Position numbers and translations under genes: made by a program
Shown: positions 61,149 to 64,000 of the stretch, piece after piece
How positions within the stretch are numbered: the stretch's first letter is position 1
Layout of the letters: the number at the start of each line of letters is the position of its first letter
The notes under the pieces: generated by a model
The model's database searches: none
Seen by the model: the letters and a program-made list of their open reading frames with translations, nothing else
Told to the model about the DNA's origin: nothing
Assembly: GCA_049177215.1 (NCBI GenBank)
Contig: CP185379.1
Coordinates: 352,957 to 416,956, forward strand
Direction: 5' to 3'
Length of the DNA stretch: 64,000 nt
Source of the DNA: Candidatus Pollutiaquabacter aromativorans
GTDB lineage: Bacteria; Bacteroidota; Bacteroidia; AKYH767-A; 2013-40CM-41-45

Positions 61149-61710
61149 ATACGATCCTGTCAGGATTAGCCGACAGAAACGATTTCCAGCCGGAGTGCGC
61201 ACCAGCCGCTCCGGCTGAATTGTTTCCACTTTGGAAATGATGGCACAGGGCGACTGCTACGGCATCCGTTGCATCCAGATACGCGTGTGTTTCGTTAAGC
61301 GAGAGGAGCGTCTTCAGCATGGCGGCTACCTGTTCCTTTGACGCGTTGCCATGGCCTGTAATGGATTGTTTGACCCGTTTAGGCGAATATTCGGTAATCG
61401 GAACTTGTCGGTACAGCCCGGCAGCCATCGCTACGCCCTGTGCTCGTCCCAACTTCAACATGGACTGCACGTTTTTACCGAAGAACGGCGCTTCAATCGC
61501 GAGATCATCCGGCAAATGTTGGTCGATCAGGCCCAGGGTATATTCGAATATTTGTTTAAGCCGTAGGGAATGGTCGTCATCGCGCTTGAGGCGCAAGACA
61601 CCCAGGGTGATCAATTCCGGTCTGGTCCCGATCACCCGGATGATACCGTAGCCCATGATGTTGGTGCCCGGGTCGATCCCAAGAATGATTCGTTCCTTCA
61701 CCGTAGCCAT
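61141..61710 (-). CDS. ruvC: crossover junction endodeoxyribonuclease RuvC
   Basis: 189 aa. 'ILGIDPGTNIMGYGII' carries the catalytic Asp. 'LAIEAPFFGKN' and the rest of the RNase H-like fold pattern are conserved. Confidence 0.85.
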   Translation of the reverse strand: MATVKERIILGIDPGTNIMGYGIIRVIGTRPELITLGVLRLKRDDDHSLRLKQIFEYTLGLIDQHLPDDLAIEAPFFGKNVQSMLKLGRAQGVAMAAGLYRQVPITEYSPKRVKQSITGHGNASKEQVAAMLKTLLSLNETHAYLDATDAVAVALCHHFQSGNNSAGAAGAHSGWKSFLSANPDRIVSK

Positions 61711-61756
61711 CTTCAGGGGTTTCCGGATTCAAATTGCGTAATATTGTCGTGACCGG

Positions 61757-62740
61757 ATGCGACAAAGTACGGAAAATATACTCGTTCGCTGGGGCTGGAT
61801 ACTCAAGCTCCTGATCGCCGCTGTCGCCTTTACGTTTATTTACTGGCAGGTGGTTCGACGGGAAGGACTGGCAACACTGGTAGCTGTTGCACGCGATTCC
61901 TGGAGTGAGCCGCACAACCGGGTACTCCTCTCGGCCGTGTTGCTCGGCATGCTGATCAACTGGGCGATCGAGGCGTTCAAATGGAAACGGGTCTTGCGCC
62001 CATTGGAGCAGGTCTCGCTCCTGAAGGCGTTGGAAGCGGTCTTCTCCGGACTCTCCGTCAGCTTTTTTACCCCGAATAGAGTAGGGGAATACGCGGGTCG
62101 CGTTTTCCATCTCGTGAAAGCCGATCGCCCACAGGCGGTTTTGGCAACCATATTGGAAAACGTGAGCCAGCTCGTCATCACGCTCTTCTTTGGCGGTTTC
62201 GCGTTGGCTTATGGTGTGCAGGACCTGATTACGACCCAATCCTATCTGATGAGTTCCTTCCGGATCTTGTCCGTGGTGGGCGCCTGCTTTCTCGTGCTTG
62301 CGTTTATCTATTCCGGTGTATTGCAGGCAATGTTCGTGCGACTGCGTTTCTCGGGCAGGTGGCTGCGCGTCACCGGGATTCTGGAGCGCTATACCAAGGC
62401 GCAGATGATCGAACTCTTGTTGCTCTCGGCCTTACGTTATTTCATCTTCACCGGACAATTCTTCCTGCTCCTGCACGTGTTCGGTGCCCCCTTACCGTAT
62501 GGGGTCGCGATGCTCCGGATCGCCCTGACGTACCTGGCCATGTCGGTCATTCCTTCGATCGCGCTGACGGAACTCGGTGTACGAGGCGCGTTGGCCGCCT
62601 GGGTCTTTCAGCCGGTCACCGAGCAGGTGAGCGGCGTACTGCTCGCGACATCCGCGCTATGGGTCATCAACCTGGTACTGCCCGCGCTCATCGGCCTCTT
62701 GTTCGTGTTTGATTTCAAATTCGTGAAGAAGCGTACATGA
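61757..62740 (+). CDS. polytopic membrane protein of the lysyl-phosphatidylglycerol-synthase-TM / flippase-like (UPF0104) family, commonly paired with a GT2
   Basis: 327 aa with about 8 TM segments. It is start-coupled to the downstream GT2 (ATGATG overlap). Confidence 0.45.
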   Translation: MRQSTENILVRWGWILKLLIAAVAFTFIYWQVVRREGLATLVAVARDSWSEPHNRVLLSAVLLGMLINWAIEAFKWKRVLRPLEQVSLLKALEAVFSGLSVSFFTPNRVGEYAGRVFHLVKADRPQAVLATILENVSQLVITLFFGGFALAYGVQDLITTQSYLMSSFRILSVVGACFLVLAFIYSGVLQAMFVRLRFSGRWLRVTGILERYTKAQMIELLLLSALRYFIFTGQFFLLLHVFGAPLPYGVAMLRIALTYLAMSVIPSIALTELGVRGALAAWVFQPVTEQVSGVLLATSALWVINLVLPALIGLLFVFDFKFVKKRT

Positions 62741-63870
62741 TGCTCGTGCTCGGAGTTTATACACTCTTCAGCTTCCTGTATGTTATCTTTCTAGGTCGTG
62801 TCCGGAAAGCCTGGTGGAGCCTGAGACAAGCCAATGTCGAGCAGCCAGCTTCCGTTTCATTCCCATTCGTCACTGTTATTGTACCGGTGCGGAATGAAGC
62901 GCAACACCTGCCCGATCTTTTGAACGACTTGTTGGCACAGGATTATCCGGACGATCGGTGGGAGCTCATCGTTGTGAATGATGGGTCTGCCGACGGCTCA
63001 GCAGCCATTGCGGCTGATTTTTTTCATTCCCACCCGAACCGCGGCGGTCTGCTGAATCTTCCGGATAGGGAAGGTGGATCGAAAAAGCAGGCTGTCGCGA
63101 TGGCGATAGCAAATGCAAAAGGCGAATGGATCCTGACCACCGACGGGGATTGTAGGGTTGGCCCTTCCTGGTTAACAACCATGGCGCAGGGTATGTCGCC
63201 CGGTCGTACCATGCTGGCAGGACCCGTCAACCTGGTTGGTTCACCGGATTTCCTGGGCAGACTGCAAACCGCTGAGTGGATCGGTCTTCAATGCATCGGT
63301 GCTGCCGGCATCTACCGCGGAAGGAATTTCTTCTGTAACGGAGCCAACCTGGCTTATCGGAAACAAGCATTCACAGAGAGCGGAGGATTCACCAGGAGCA
63401 AGAAGAGGCTGTCGGGTGATGACACGGACCTCCTGCTGCAATTCAGTCGAAGCTGGCCAGGCAGCATCGGCTTTCAATCCGGGACAGGTGCTATCGTCGA
63501 AACCTTCGCAGACGATGGTATTGGTTCTGCGTTTAGTCAGCGTCATCGCTGGGCATCCAAGATCCCGGTTGCACTGACCACCGTTACCTTGCTGATTTCC
63601 CTGATCGCCTGGTTGTCGCATGCCGGCTTCCTGGCTGCGCTCTGCATCATGTTTTTCTCGCCCATTGCAGCCTTTGTGGTGCTGCCGGTCTTTTTCCTCA
63701 AGGTCCTTGCTGAATACCTCTTGTTGAAAGATGGAGCCGACTACTTCGGTCATCGAGTTTCCTTCGGCTTAATTTTAGCCGCTCAACCGTTCTATGCGCT
63801 CTACATCACCCTGGTAGGCGCGGCGGCAGTGTTTCTTCCCTATACCTGGAAAGGCCGAAAAGGCCGGTAA
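62737..63870 (+). CDS. glycosyltransferase family 2 (GT-A) with a C-terminal membrane anchor region
   Basis: 'VTVIVPVRNEAQHLPDLLNDLLAQDYPDDRWELIVVNDGSADGS' carries the GT2 DxD context. The hydrophobic C-terminal ~90 aa follow. Confidence 0.75.
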   Translation: MMLVLGVYTLFSFLYVIFLGRVRKAWWSLRQANVEQPASVSFPFVTVIVPVRNEAQHLPDLLNDLLAQDYPDDRWELIVVNDGSADGSAAIAADFFHSHPNRGGLLNLPDREGGSKKQAVAMAIANAKGEWILTTDGDCRVGPSWLTTMAQGMSPGRTMLAGPVNLVGSPDFLGRLQTAEWIGLQCIGAAGIYRGRNFFCNGANLAYRKQAFTESGGFTRSKKRLSGDDTDLLLQFSRSWPGSIGFQSGTGAIVETFADDGIGSAFSQRHRWASKIPVALTTVTLLISLIAWLSHAGFLAALCIMFFSPIAAFVVLPVFFLKVLAEYLLLKDGADYFGHRVSFGLILAAQPFYALYITLVGAAAVFLPYTWKGRKGR

Positions 63871-63873
63871 CCC

Positions 63874-64000
63874 ATGCGATACGATTCTCCCGGTCAGCAA
63901 GTCTGGCGCCGCTTTCGAAAAAACGGTGCGGCCATGTCCGGATTAGCGGTCATCGCGCTTGCGATCCTGGTAGCTCTTTGCTGCACTGTCATTCGATCCG
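63874..64000 (+). CDS. probable ABC transporter permease (OppC/DppC-like N-terminus); 3' end lies outside the window
   Basis: 'MRYDSPGQQVWRRFRKNGAAMSGLAVIALAILVAL' resembles the conserved N-terminal 'f.rfrknk.a..g..il' of peptide ABC permeases. Only 42 codons are visible. Confidence 0.35.
   Translation, partial: MRYDSPGQQVWRRFRKNGAAMSGLAVIALAILVALCCTVIRS

Overview
GC-rich (~60%) Bacteroidota-type chromosomal window with three parts. (1) 1-17.7 kb is a surface-polysaccharide biosynthesis locus: asnB-like amidotransferase, two GT4 glycosyltransferases, a Wzy-like polymerase, a bi-domain oxidoreductase, DUF354, acetyltransferase, CE4 deacetylase, initiating sugar transferase and a Wzi-like outer-membrane protein. 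Fields of heptanucleotide microsatellites separate the genes. (2) 18.3-46.9 kb is a same-strand cluster of five very large secreted proteins. Four are paralogs of 3227, 1950, 1864 and 427 aa. They are built from SprB-type Cys repeats, Ig-like repeats and a recurring ~200-aa module, and all end in the same unfamiliar ~190-aa C-terminal module with twin dockerin/EF-hand-like loops. I do not recognise this module as a canonical T9SS CTD. The fifth protein (28092-33637) has a canonical T9SS type-A C-terminal sorting domain and carries about 31 near-identical in-frame tandem copies of an 81/84-bp unit encoding a Cys-x10-Cys, N-x-T peptide. (3) 47.4-64 kb holds smc, a TonB-dependent-receptor-like gene, the T9SS genes porU-porV, greA, a HIT-family gene, ruvC, a flippase-like membrane protein with a GT2 gene, and the start of an ABC permease. 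At least seven apparent frameshifts interrupt wzi-like, the repeat protein (two), the TBDR-like gene, porU (two) and porV, while the 23 kb of giant paralogs are intact. I saw no tRNA/rRNA, CRISPR or transposase. All calls were made by eye from the ORF translations and the DNA, without database searches.
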